Positions 1 through 11,700 of a DNA stretch of 63,515 nucleotides are shown here, one piece after another; position 1 is the first letter of the stretch, and each line of letters opens with the position of its first letter. The stretch lies in the NCBI GenBank assembly GCA_017654855.1, contig JAFMPO010000001.1, positions 1,178,001 to 1,241,515 on the forward strand, written 5' to 3'. The translations under genes and the position numbers were made by a program. This stretch comes from Podospora anserina (Eukaryota). The notes beneath the pieces were generated by a model, which saw only the letters and a list, made by a program, of their open reading frames with translations, was not told the origin of the DNA and did not search any database.

Positions 1-379
1 CAGTTAGTTAGCTATATCTTCCACACCACGTAATCTTAGTGGAAAAGCTCGCGCACATAGCTCAATAATGTATTAAACAATAGCATCCTCTTCGGATTAA
101 GTAAGCTTCTTCGATTTGGGCGTGGTATCGCGTCGTGCAGGCCGGCCAGCGCGTCGTCGTAAGAGAGTCGTATGGTGGACGTTGTAGATCTTTCCCGCGG
201 CTCGGAGGCTGAGATTTTTATCTTTTTCAAGAGCTTCGAGGGCTAAGATCACCCTGGCTTCCTTTAAAGTAGAAGGCATATTGGGTTGTGTAGAAAAAGT
301 CGATATTGGGTAGAAGGATAGTGCGTCGCTTAAAAAGTGGTGCACTCGCTTATATGGTGCACTCGCTTATAATGTACGT
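1..379 (-). mobile_element. RIP-mutated Fot1/Pot2 (pogo/Tc1-mariner) DNA transposon, 5' end; element continues off the left edge of the window
   Basis: Minus-strand ATG at 279 reads MPSTLKEARVILALEALEKDKNLSLRAAGKIYNVHHTTLLRRRAGRPARRD..KLT*SEEDAIV*YIIELCARAFPLRLRGVEDIAN*, the HTH-psq/CENPB N-terminus typical of Fot1-family transposases. Stops are CAA->TAA (RIP). The terminus is ACGT with two 17-bp direct repeats (tggtgcactcgcttata, 338-354 and 355-371), followed by TA at 380-381. Confidence 0.88.
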
Positions 380-381
380 TA

Positions 382-1593
382 ATCGTGTTATCGGGATCAC
401 CCACAAAGGCAATAGTACATATGGGAGATTGGAACGTCGTCCGTATCCTATGGAACCATGAGAGAGAGGACTTGGAGAAAGATATAGCTCCTCTTCTCTT
501 CGTGAAAGAATATACCCAAATACCGTCGCCGGATGTCATCTCCTACGATAGTACTCCCGACAACGTGCTGGAGTCGCCATATGTTATCAAAAGCAGGGTC
601 CGGGGAGTGAATGCACACAAGGCTCTCATCGATTAGGACGAAGCGCAGAAGATTACTCACGAGGGATGGTGCAAGCTGGCCTACGAGCTTGGGAAGGTCG
701 TCAACCAGATGCTTTCGATCCTCAACAACAAGCATGGCCAGCTCGTGCTAGATTCATCTAGTTCAAAAAATGTCTTCATCGCGCCTCTACAAACAGCTAC
801 TGGCGACCCGCCCGAAGTCCGCCGTCTCGATAGTTCGTCTCCCCCGGAGGACACCGCCCGCTCTCTACTTCCACGACTATGCTATTACAAAAAAGTGTTA
901 AATTTGGAAAAAGATCCAGAGAATACCTACGATCAAATAGAGGGTTTGGCACGAGTGGCTACCGATATGGGGGAAGCAGACCACCTCAATGACATTCCTC
1001 ACACCTTCTGCCACTGGGACCTTTTCCTGCGCAACATATTGATCTCGGTCAACCCATCCACATATGAACCCAAGATAGAAGGGATTCTTGACTGGGACTC
1101 GGCTCTATTTGCGCCTGCCTTTATGATCTGTGAGCCCCCCGCGTATCTGTGGAACAGCAAGTTGCGCGAGGAAGCAGCAGACGAAGAGTGTGAGGACTGG
1201 CATATCGACTTCACCTTTGACCCTATCACCGAGGAAGACAAGAAGGTCAAGAGAGTATTTGAAGAGGCCGCTGGGGAGGAGTACGTGCGCTTTGCATACA
1301 ACCCAGTGTATCCTCTGGCTCGCCGACTGTTTCAATTTGGTATGACAGGTATCCACGGAAATGTAGCAGATGCCGAATCCGACAAGCTGTTGGAATACTG
1401 GGAAACCCTCAACAAAACAACGAAACAGGCTGCTGGCAGGTTCACAGAAAGCATGGAGAGCGTGGACATGGAGCCTACTCATCAGCAACCTGATCATCCC
1501 TCATCGGAGGAGACAGCCTCAAACTCCGAAGCAGGGCCAAAAAGGTGGCTGAGAAGAGTCAAGGAGAGGCTCCAGCGTTTCATTAGCATATGA
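382..1593 (+). pseudogene. APH/choline-kinase-like phosphotransferase, 5' part cut off by the transposon, with an in-frame TAG at 634-636
   Basis: ORFs 385-636 and 709-1593 share one frame separated by a single TAG. Motifs IPSPDVISYDST..N.LESPY, HWDLFLRNIL and GILDWDSA are present. No ATG start lies right of the TA target site in the expected N-terminal region. Confidence 0.75.
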
Positions 1594-1670
1594 ACTCCTT
1601 AGTATGAAGTCTGAGAGGGGAGCTGTTAGTTGATACTGGGAATAAAAATCTTGTAAAAGCAAAAAGTGAA

Positions 1671-1780
1671 TGATGAGAGTGGGATTCGAACCCACGCCCT
1701 TTCGGACCACGGAATCTGCTAGGAGATATTGATTAAGGAATACCTTAACGTGGCGCCTTAGACCGCTCGGCCATCTCACC
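1671..1780 (-). tRNA. tRNA-Leu(AAG) with ~30-nt intron (1713-1742)
   Basis: Reverse complement is GGTGAGATGGCCGAGCGGTCTAAGGCG-CCACG-TTAAGG-[intron]-C-CGTGG-TCCGAAAGGGC-GTGGGTTCGAATCCCAC-TCTCATCA. Acceptor stem, D-arm, long variable arm and T-loop are all present, with T-rich terminator downstream. Confidence 0.95.
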
Positions 1781-2126
1781 TTCTAATTTCTTGAAGTGGC
1801 TGCGAGAACTTTCTATCCAAGACGAGAAATGGTCCTGCTGCTAGGTTGACTTGAAGATAATTTTTCTTCCACTGCGCCGCAGCGTTACACCGCGCAATGC
1901 ACGCCAAGAAGCACTTGCCGGGGTGTTCTCCGCATCAACATCCCCGCACGAACCCCCAATTGCTCCAATCTGCAGGACGGCAGGGGTTCAGTCGGACGTG
2001 TCTGTTGGGCGCGAAAAAGAATAAGACTCGGAGGATAATTAACCATGTCAATGTCAACTTTCTATTTCTACTTTTGCTGTCTTCGCGCCATCTTATAAAC
2101 TCAGTCTTTGGAAAGCCCTCGTCAAA

Positions 2127-2824
2127 ATGGCAGTCGAGAATACGACATGGCGAAATAACGTCTGGCTAGTGTGGTTTTACATCGTGTTTCCCATCACTGT
2201 CTGTAAGTCAAGATCGATACCCCGGTTCTGTCATTGATACTGTGCTCAACAGACTTTCAACAGTAATCGACCTCCAAGAGGTCATCTACCCATCCTCTCT
2301 CCTCGTCCCAGCCGACGCGCCTCTGCACTTCGCCTACAAAGCCAAACAAGACTACATCGCCAAGTTCAACGACCCCATTGTACAATGGTCGCCCGAAACA
2401 GCCTCCGGTCATGACAGCTGGATGGGGCTTTTTATACACCTCGAGTTCTTTTTTCTTCTCCCCGTCATGATCTACGCCATGTACAAGATGGGGATCAGGC
2501 AGAAGGGAACGAGCGGCCCCGACGAGCTACTCTTCTTTGTGTATGCGCTTTACAATGCACTCACCACAGCGGTCTGCATTCACGATACATTTTATTGGGA
2601 CAAGACTATCTGGGCGGACGAGAGTCAGCTGTGGACGCTGAGATCAGCGTACTATGCGCCGTTTGTGTTCATCCGTAAGTGTTTTATGGATCTTTTTGCA
2701 TGAAGGTTGTGACATGCTTGCTCACAACATCGCAGCTCTCCTCGGGGCGTTTGACATGGGTTCACGCATTCTATCCCGGTTCAAGGCGGCGGATGCGGCG
2801 GCAGAATCGAAGAAGGCCGAGTGA
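2127..2824 (+). CDS. EXPERA/TMEM97-like membrane protein (3 exons; introns ~2203-2263 and ~2675-2735)
   Basis: Hydrophobic helices, ID-LQ..YP and YIAKFNDP..W..F..LE motifs; GTAAGT donors and CAG acceptors; C-terminal KKAE (KKxx ER-retrieval-like). Confidence 0.75.
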
Positions 2825-3309
2825 GAGATTGGCTTGGGGCAACCCATCGCCTTGGCGACATCGTCGGAGGTAATTGGGCAAAGCGTTTGGGCCGGAAGTC
2901 GTGGTATTGAGAACCCAAGGCTGTGTGATGTCTGAGTATGGACCAGGCAAGGTTAAATAGAAAGGAGGGAGAGGGAAAGCACCTGTGGGCTGCATCTGGA
3001 TCAATTTCTTGTGAGCAACTTCCAAGCTTTGCAAACGCTCCAAATGTATGCAAATGATGCCTAGAATAAGGTACCTAAGGTAGATAGATGTAAGATATAG
3101 ATACGAGTGTTCTCACATCCGTATGTAGCTACCTCTGATGCACCAGAAATATAAACAATGAGATGGAGTAGCTGGAAAACACGTTTTCCACAGTCCCACC
3201 GTTGCATTTATATAAATAACATTGTAATGTCATGAACCCCCAAGCGCCCAACTCCCACCGTCCACTCCAATTCCCGTCTGGTGATACACAGTCAATTCCA
3301 AACAACCTC

Positions 3310-4313
3310 TCAGTCAATAGCTCTCTTCTGACCCCCACCAGAATAACCCCATCCGTTCCCGACTCCAACGCCGTATCCTAACGGTGTCGCGCCTCCCAGC
3401 GTTCTCCCCTTCAACCGCTTTGGCAATATGACTCCAAAGAAGTACGCACCTGCCACGACAACTCCGGCCCCGAAGGACAGCAGTGAATAAAACACTGTGG
3501 AAGCATATATATGCCCTCCCATCCCCTGCCACTCGACTCTTCCCTCAGTTTTTGGCAGGGCAGGAGTAGGGAACCACCTGACGCTGAACTTGAAAGGCAG
3601 CGGGTCTCCAATGACCAGTCTCACAGTGTCCCCGCCTTCCATATGTGTCAAGGGGCTCGTCGAGTATGCTGTTGCAGAATCCAGAACACCGCTGTCGTGC
3701 GGATAAACATGTTGCTTGGGCGTGCTGTGCAGCAAAACATTCATGTGGGTAGATATGTGCATGTGGCTCAGCTGCAGCGTCCCCGCGAGCGCAAAAACCA
3801 GAGGGATGTATTCTTGCTCGGGCTGTCGCTGGCCTACGACTTCGATATGCGGCGGGGGCCGGGCGGGCAGTCGGCAGGCGAGGGGTGCATCGGCGTGCAC
3901 GTAAAACTCGAGGAGGTGGAAGAAGGGGTCAGAAATCATGGGGATTGTGCAATTTTTTTCTTCTTCGATTCCGTACCGGAATTCTAGCGGTGAGGACGTC
4001 TCGTTGCAGATCGGGAAAGGGATCCATTGGATTTCGTGGGTTGGGGAGTCGGGGAGGGATACGTGTTCGCCCGTTTCTCTGGTGGTTTGCGACTCGCAGG
4101 TCAGTGTATGCAACGATGGGATTTTGGGACAGGACGAAGAAGAAAACAAGCGTACGAGCTGCGATTCATACACTCAACCCGAATGGGGGCGCCATAGTGG
4201 TAAGATGGCAGCGAGAGTTCGTGGTGGCTTGCGCTGGAAGCAATGGCAACATGGCCGAAAAAGGAAGCTGTCAAAGCCAGCGATGGCAGTCGAAGCCACG
4301 GTCGCAGTATCAT
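3310..4313 (-). CDS. Uncharacterised conserved fungal single-pass membrane protein with signal peptide (1 intron ~4078-4155)
   Basis: Exon 1 MILRPWLRLPSLALTASFFGHVAIA..ECMNRS is spliced to the 287-aa ORF. A C-terminal TM helix (VFYSLLSFGAGVVVAGAYFFGVIL) is followed by a Gly-rich tail ending KRAID. Confidence 0.75.
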
Positions 4314-4957
4314 GGCTGTAAATCTGTAGCTTTGTATCGTCAATGACCCAATGCCAACTATCGCAGGGACATTTTGCGCAGTCTCTTTCGATATTGGCGA
4401 AGGGCACACAGTCGATTGCAAGACGGCCTGAACCCGTCAAAGGCGGATGTCGCCGCTGAAAGCTTCCCCAGACTTTTGGTTCCGTCCTCTGTGTCCACTT
4501 TGAGCTCGACCTTACAGGGGGGCTGCCAGGCTGAGTCATCATGCAAAGTTTTACCCTAACCCTCATCAACACTACCCCGTTTGTCCCCTTTCTGCAGAGA
4601 AACCCAAGAATTTTATATCTGGAGTCTAAAAGGTCGTTTACTCTTACGCCATGGGTTTTTCCTCACCATGACGTGCATTGTGCTTTCGGATTAGTCCGAA
4701 GCACCTTAGCTTTCCATGGTCTCAAAGAGTCGTCAATCCTCAAGTCTTCAACGAGATGCGAACCTTCAAAAGGCTCAATAATAAGGGGGAACAGCAGGTC
4801 CGCAGTGGGTTGGAAGTCTCTTGCATATGGGAATAAACACCTTGTTCATAATGTATGTACAAACTGAAACAGCCTATTTACAGTCCCGTCTTCTTCCTCG
4901 TCCTCCAATCTGCTCCCCAGCCCTACTTTTACCTGCACATCTTAGGGGCACCGACGT

Positions 4958-6022
4958 CTAAAGGCATTGGTGATAGTAATCGTTCAGCTTTGTGCAAGTG
5001 GTTCCTGAGACACAGACGGTGGGACCGTTCCACCCTTGCCCACCGCACTGTCCCCAGCGAGGAGCAGTAGGGCCGGGCGCCGGTCCGGTTGTAGGCTCAG
5101 GAGCGCGAGAGGTGGTAATCAAGGTGGTCTGAGGATTGCCGGGATTGGAGGTAGGTTCGGGGCTGGGGTTGCTGCTCCCATCGGCCTGGAACTGTCTCCA
5201 GAACTCCCATGTGTTGCCAGGGGCGAAGGGGGTGTTGCTTCCCTGGTCTTGCTGAGACGGGTTATGGTCTCCGTCAAAGATAACCCAGGTAACGGGCTTG
5301 CCAGGGAGACAGTTGCGGTACTCGGTCTTGGTGGAGCGGCCTCCGTTGGGCTGAGGCTCGGGATTGAGAGGGGTGCAGCCGTTGTTTTGGACAAATCGGT
5401 CACGCATTTGGCGGCCCATGGAGATGCTCAGGACCGAGTCGCGGGTACCGTGCTGGTGGTAGTAGGCCACAGGCTGAGTGCCTCCGTTGCAGCCACTGAG
5501 AACAGCGCTGGAAAGAACCGAGATGGCTCGGACCTGGTCAGGACGAGAGCAGGCCCAAGAGTAGGACATGGCACCACCGTAGCTGAAGCCGGTGGCGAAG
5601 CGCAGAGACTGCTCAACGCAGAGATCGTTCTCGATAGTGCGCACCATGTTGTCGACAAAAGTGATATCTTCGCCACCGGTGTTGGCCCAACCTTGGTTGA
5701 GACCGTTGGGCGAGATGAAGATGGCACTGTTGTTGCCTGTCATCAAGGGGGGAAGACCGTACCAGGCAAGGGTACCGCCCCCTCCGTTGGCGATCTGCTG
5801 AGCGTTTCCTCCAAGAGCATGGAAGGTAAAGACAAGGCGGTACGCAAAGTTGCGGTCATAGTTGTCAGGGAGGCGGACAATATATTCTCTTTGTTTGCCG
5901 TTCACGGTTGTCGTGTATTGACCATTGCGAATGGTTGGTGTCTTGCCACAACCAGGAGAGCGTGCGCCCAAGACCGGAGCGATGCAGGAAAGCGCCAAAA
6001 GCGCAATAGTTGAAAACTGCAT
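4958..6022 (-). CDS. Secreted feruloyl/acetyl-xylan esterase (CE1, FaeC-like) with C-terminal CBM1
   Basis: Signal peptide; [15 protein letters not shown] nucleophile elbow; HGTRD; Pro/Thr linker; CBM1 [32 protein letters not shown]. Confidence 0.92.
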   Translation of the reverse strand: MQFSTIALLALSCIAPVLGARSPGCGKTPTIRNGQYTTTVNGKQREYIVRLPDNYDRNFAYRLVFTFHALGGNAQQIANGGGGTLAWYGLPPLMTGNNSAIFISPNGLNQGWANTGGEDITFVDNMVRTIENDLCVEQSLRFATGFSYGGAMSYSWACSRPDQVRAISVLSSAVLSGCNGGTQPVAYYHQHGTRDSVLSISMGRQMRDRFVQNNGCTPLNPEPQPNGGRSTKTEYRNCLPGKPVTWVIFDGDHNPSQQDQGSNTPFAPGNTWEFWRQFQADGSSNPSPEPTSNPGNPQTTLITTSRAPEPTTGPAPGPTAPRWGQCGGQGWNGPTVCVSGTTCTKLNDYYHQCL

Positions 6023-8407
6023 GATGGCTAGACGTCGCTGAGGTTGTTGCTGGCACTAACTCCCTTGCCAACCGATGTGGGAAAGAAGCTGCCCATCTTA
6101 TATACCCAGCTCGACAGTACCTACCTACCTGGTGAGTCGTGTTAGGGATTGAGACAATCGCCTTAGGGAAATATTTCGGAAGACATCCGTGAAAATGCAA
6201 CATGGAGTGAATCTCTGGTTACATCTCCCCGCTACTTTGTTCTTGGGCTGTTGAGTACATGATGGAAATAGCCATGATTCAAGTCAGTGTCCTGTTCATG
6301 TGAAGTCATTCCGAGCCTTGACAACAAGATGCGCACCAATAACGACTCAGCACCAACTACCGATTTTAGGTGGCTTGGTTGTTTTGCTTGAACAATGCAA
6401 AAATGCAACACTGACCAGGGAAGGAATACCAGGCAACGGATATCCGTTGCAACGGTGCGCTTCCCTAGACATGGGGGAAGCCCAATTGAGGCTCGCCTAA
6501 GATGCTCCCCAGATCCAATGACTAAATCGGATCACTCTCCCGAGCTTTTCACAGCCAGACAGATCAGAAAAGTCCAGCGCGCCAAGATCATGGGCAATGT
6601 TCAAGATCATGCGAAGTTAGCCGCGCGTATAAGAGCTCTCGACATGCGTTGAAGTGGGACTGTGGCGACAGCGAGCCACAATCAAGTACACACATTCAGT
6701 TATATTCAAAACGGCGAGTATAAGTCCGACGCTGCCGTACTAGTTGGGATTCCAGTGTACCTAGATATTCCTATCTTGTCAAGTACATGTCAAGTACAAG
6801 TCAGTTCATATGTTTCCTGGTCAATCTTTTATTCTCTTCATTTGTCAGGCATTACTTGTGTCAAATTTCTGTTGCTAATCCAACTAGGTCGATACGACCC
6901 CAACTATACCTCCGTGGCTCGGCTAGGTTAGCTCCAGTCGTCAAGCCCAACTTCCATTTTAAGCACGGGGCTCTTCTTCTCAGGACCGACAACTGGTCAA
7001 ACACAAAACCTGTGTTTTCTCTTTTCTTTTTATTTGCCGAACTTATCTGCCGACGTGACTACCAAGATGTCGATTGAGACGAGCACTTCGGCTCCCAACT
7101 CCGTGGGTTGAGGCTCATCTTTTGACTATTTAACCGCTGCAGCTAAATTTCCGTTGTTTTGTTCTTAGCATATCGAGTCACCCTGAATCCGGGTAATCGG
7201 TCATGTACCTGTTGCGGAGAAATACTTTCATCAGCGCTCCCGTCCGCTTTGCAGATGGACACAACGTGGTCATAATGAGCCTACCGCTGCCAATCAAGCG
7301 GGAAAATAATTTGGAATCTGCATCCTTGCCTTTGACTAAAGTGTTTGCTGTTGTATGGGATGTGAAGAGAAGGTCTCAGCATCAGGATTGTCTCGGTATG
7401 ACGAACTGCCACTTGCATGTGTTGATATTGACAAATGCATGGCATTTCAGAAGATTTCTACAGCCCTAATCCCTATCGGAGTCCTCTCTGAGTTACAAAT
7501 CGAGACAAGAATACCATTGAAGATGATCACGGACCGTAATGTAGGTAGGTACGTAATTCGATGCAAGGTGTAAGAACCATGCTTGATGGCCGAGGCAATC
7601 AATTAACCATGTTGCTTGTACCTGCCTATCTATCCTGACTGTAACAATGCATTTTCTCCAAGAAATAAGATGACTCGTTTAGGTTGTTACTGCACCCGAC
7701 TGAAATCTCCGGACAGTTGCTGTAGCCATGCCTATTTAACTTGGAAGTGGTTCGGTCTGGTAGCCTTATATCGTAAGGCTTTGATTAGATGCACGCTTAC
7801 TCCGGCATCTTTATCCTGGGTAGCCGGTTACGGGCTACCATTATGAAGGTGATATAGGACAACCTCGCATGATAGGTGGCCAAGTGAGTATGAAGTCCTG
7901 GACCTAAAATCTCACCGCCCAACCAGCAACTGCGGTCAGAAAAAAAGCAGGCAAGCTGAATCAGATGTTGTAAGAGCTGTGATGTGGCTGCCTGAGTCAT
8001 GTGGACTAAAACATCTAGTCTAGGGCTTACTCTGGGCTTCGCTCTTGAAGTTGAAAATGACAGGTACACTAGGGTCTTGGTACCTCACATTAGACGCTCT
8101 CTTCTCTGAGAATGGTCATGATTCCGTGGTTAGAATTTTGACCATTCGGTGGGATTCGAGTCAGCACTTGGCTCGCAGGGAGAAAAGGTTCAAGGCACCG
8201 GTGACGCCACCAAAGTTGCTAGATAAACTCTGGAAAGTTACCTAGAGTTGAGTGACTCACTGCCGTTGGATACCTACCTACCTACCTGCAGGTTAAAACC
8301 CCCCAAGTCAAATCCTTTTGTTTTTTTGGGCTTTTCGCCAGTCCTCACTTCATTCCGATCAAAATACTACAAAGGGGGATACCTGAAACAGTCCAAACGA
8401 AGAAAAG

Positions 8408-8944
8408 ATGTCGGCCTTTTTGGCCCGTAGCACAGAGACTCTGCTCGACATCGCAGCAGATGTGATACAGCTTCTTAAATCCTCGAACGCCACTGTTGGG
8501 GTTGCCGAGTCTCTCACAGCAGGGGGTGTCATGGTCGCCCTCACTTCTGTCCCAGGAGCCAGCGCTGCCTTCCTTGGAGGCGTCGTCTCTTATGCCACAC
8601 CCCTCAAGCAAACACTCTTGAGTGTCGACGCAACTCTAATCGCTAAAGAGGGAGTCATTCATGAGGAGGTTGCTTCTCAAATGGCAGAAGGTGCGCGCAG
8701 GATAACCACACATGACGACGCTCCTCCCACGACGTGGGGAGTTGGCACTACTGGCGTTGCTGGACCTGATAAGCAAGATGGGAAGGCAGTTGGGACGGTC
8801 TACATCGGCATTGCCAGCCCCACTGGTAGCAAGGCGTTTGGTCCGTTCAACTTTCCAGGGACAAGAGAAAGAATACGGGAGGCAACAGTTATGGAGGCAC
8901 TCGCAAGGTTGCGAGAAGAGTTGATGAAGGCGAGACAGGCATGA
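8408..8944 (+). CDS. CinA C-terminal domain protein (PncC/NMN-deamidase-like)
   Basis: VAESLTAG, VPGASAAFLGGVVSY..K, MAEGAR, TTGVAGP and VGTVYIG motifs of the CinA family; intronless. Confidence 0.9.
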   Translation: MSAFLARSTETLLDIAADVIQLLKSSNATVGVAESLTAGGVMVALTSVPGASAAFLGGVVSYATPLKQTLLSVDATLIAKEGVIHEEVASQMAEGARRITTHDDAPPTTWGVGTTGVAGPDKQDGKAVGTVYIGIASPTGSKAFGPFNFPGTRERIREATVMEALARLREELMKARQA

Positions 8945-11700
8945 TGGCGTCATCATGAAAACGGCTGAAGATTTGTTGGAGGCGAGGTGGATGCAAAGTT
9001 CATTTGTTTGTTAGAAGGGGATCTGGGTCGTTGATTTGTTGTGGGGCACCTACAAAGGGCCTATTTTCCACCAGACCCACACCTGGCTTGATCTTAAGGC
9101 TGGGTTTTACTTACTGTTTACTTTTACTCCAAACAACTAACAACAACACTAAAATATCAATTTGTCAACCGATTTCCCTGCCTTTTCGGCCTCTCTTTCG
9201 CGGGCAGTGACTTTACTAGGCCACCGCCCTACATTTGTTTTTGGCTTCCAAGGTTGTCTTGTCTTCCTTACCCATCAACAGGCATGATTATTTGCATACT
9301 TCATCTGCACCCAATTGCAGGCCTGTGAAAAAGCATCTTTTTGTTCTTTCTAGCGGATAAGTACGCTTGCACTTTATTTGGATAGGTCAAAGTGATGATA
9401 GCATCTCTTGTGGGTATGCATTTCTCAGGTAAGGCAGATTCGGATGACATGCCAGCCGGTCTCTCTTCGGCGAATTTCTTGTCAATACACGTGCCGTATG
9501 GAGAATATCTGTTTGTGCCTCAAAGCCACACTATGGACATTTAGTTTATGACGTACCTGTGTAACTGAAAGTTCTAAATGCCTGCACGAGGTCAGTCGGA
9601 GCTCGTAAAAAAGAATTTGGTAGGTGACATTACAAGAACGAGTTCTGATGTTCATGTGTTTACTCTAAGATTATGACTACAGTCTTCTAGGTTGTGAGAG
9701 CTCCCAAATAGGTAGTGTCGTTGGTTTCGCTTTAGCAGGATTTGTGGAGAAGGATTACCGCTACTTAATAGAAGGTAGTTATTGGTGCGTACTAGGTTCG
9801 GGGAATCACGGGGGCTTTTGAGAAGCTGGCTGTTACGGTTAGTTGAGTACCTAAGGTATTGGCTAGCGATAGTCTTTTCTCAATACCGATTACCTGGTTA
9901 ATCCGCGGAGCAGGAATCGATGCAGGTTGCAAAACCAGGGCTCAGTGGAGCAGATCAACAGGGTGGACTTTAATAGTTAGACTCAGTTCAGGCAAGCAGG
10001 ACGCTGCTGAGTTTGGTAGATTGGTTGCATGCTCGTTGAGAAGATTTTATACATGGGTATGGTACGTTGCTTTGGATGTCTTTCTTATTATAACATTAGT
10101 TTAATCCCATGCCTTATATTAGCTGTTTGAGTTCCAAACCCGACAGAATCTAGGCTCGGGGTGGTTAGCTACCTAGTGTTACGGTGTATTTTGACAAACT
10201 TTTGAGTTCAGTCCCTGGGATCTAAGACAACCCGAAAAGCTACAACATCAATATCTTCTGTCTCGGTAGGTAGATGAACTGGTTGATGACGGTGGCAGGG
10301 TGTAGTCTGCATGTGGCGCAGGGTTCTCGGCCCGGCATGAGAATATCATGCCGTAGCTTCCAGGAAATGGAGAAGTCAACTAGGATTGCATGGTCTGGGA
10401 TTTCTATTTTCATGGGTCGCTGCCGATAATGCTGTTTCACCTATGTCTTCGTGAGATGAAATGGTGTTCCTACACGAGGCACCGGGTGTCTGGTTCGCGA
10501 TCTGATTGGTTTTGCGGCCCATAAAACACTGCCTGAGATAGCCGAGGTGGGCGAGCTTCGTGGTTGTGGCTTCCAGTTGCGCGACAACTTTGCCGCTGAG
10601 CTGCTGTCGACTTAGAATTGAAGAATTTGTTTTCTCACAGATAAATAAGGTTCCATCACAACCGCCCGCCACCCGTATCTCGGCAATGGCGCAGCCAAAG
10701 CCGGTCACGCTCATCGCCCTACAGGGCACCTGGACAGGCCCGGGTTGCTGCAAATCCCACGTGTGAATTCTCCAGGCCACCCCCAATCATCTCAAGCCAC
10801 AGAGCTTTCATGCTCTGCACTGTACCCTGATTAAACCAATTGTATTCTGCTTGGTGCAGGTTTCTGGCACAGGAAGCTCGATGCCTGGTGTACAATGCGG
10901 ATGACGGGCCGAGTTCGCACAGGGCTCGCAAGTGCGGGCCGTCGAACAGACTGCTCATAGTGCCTTGTCGATCCACGCCAGTCAGTGAATCTTCTTTTCA
11001 GGTAAATTTAGTTGCTTAGAAACCTTGGGAGGCCATGTGGTTTTGTTGACCGTTTCTCTGTGCCTGTGCCATGTTTGTGGTTAGAATATACCCTACAGTA
11101 CTGTGTTCCTGCCTGCGGGATAGAGTGCCATTCCATTTCTCCGCACTCACATATTGACAAAGCTTGTCAGGCGGGGCAGAGATTAGTTCTCCCCGCTTCC
11201 AAGGCTCAGACCAGCTCAGTCGTCTTCAGGGGCATTGCTCATGCTGATTGGCGACATGTTTACGAGCAGTGGAGCGCGGAGGGAGGCGGAGCAAGTCAAG
11301 AATCCCACTTGCACGGGCCATCTGCCAAGCAGAAGACACTGGTGTGCCTTCCATGTCATCGACAAGCTTCATCAAAATTGGCATCACGAGCGAGTTGGGG
11401 GCCGTTTCTTCATTCCAACAGAACCGACAGGCCGAAGTTGGGTTCAAAGGTGGTGAATAACAATGGGATATAAACTTTGTGGGCGCGGGCCTTCTTTCTC
11501 GGAAGGGCCCTCCAAATCGCTCGTCAACAGTCCCAGTCCACATGAGCTCCTTCCCGAGGTCATCTGCCAACCTTTCATCGTCAAGCTCAGCTTGTTTCAG
11601 CCGGTTCAAAGCCAGGGATGTGAATAGTGTCTGATAGGTTCTATATGCAGCCGCGCTATAAATCCTGACCCTATGGGAGCTTGTATGACCGCTTCATACA

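Noticed and set aside
5036-6013. 325-aa plus-strand ORF
   Set aside because: Antisense shadow of the GC-rich CE1-CBM1 gene; no motifs.
8408-8944. CinA gene as a recent bacterial horizontal transfer
   Set aside because: Stand-alone CinA-domain genes are known in filamentous fungi, and lack of introns alone is not evidence; a phylogeny would be needed.
6023-11700. Short ORFs in the long intergenic regions flanking the CinA gene
   Set aside because: No domain motifs, coherent splice structure or coding-like composition; treated as promoter/UTR DNA.
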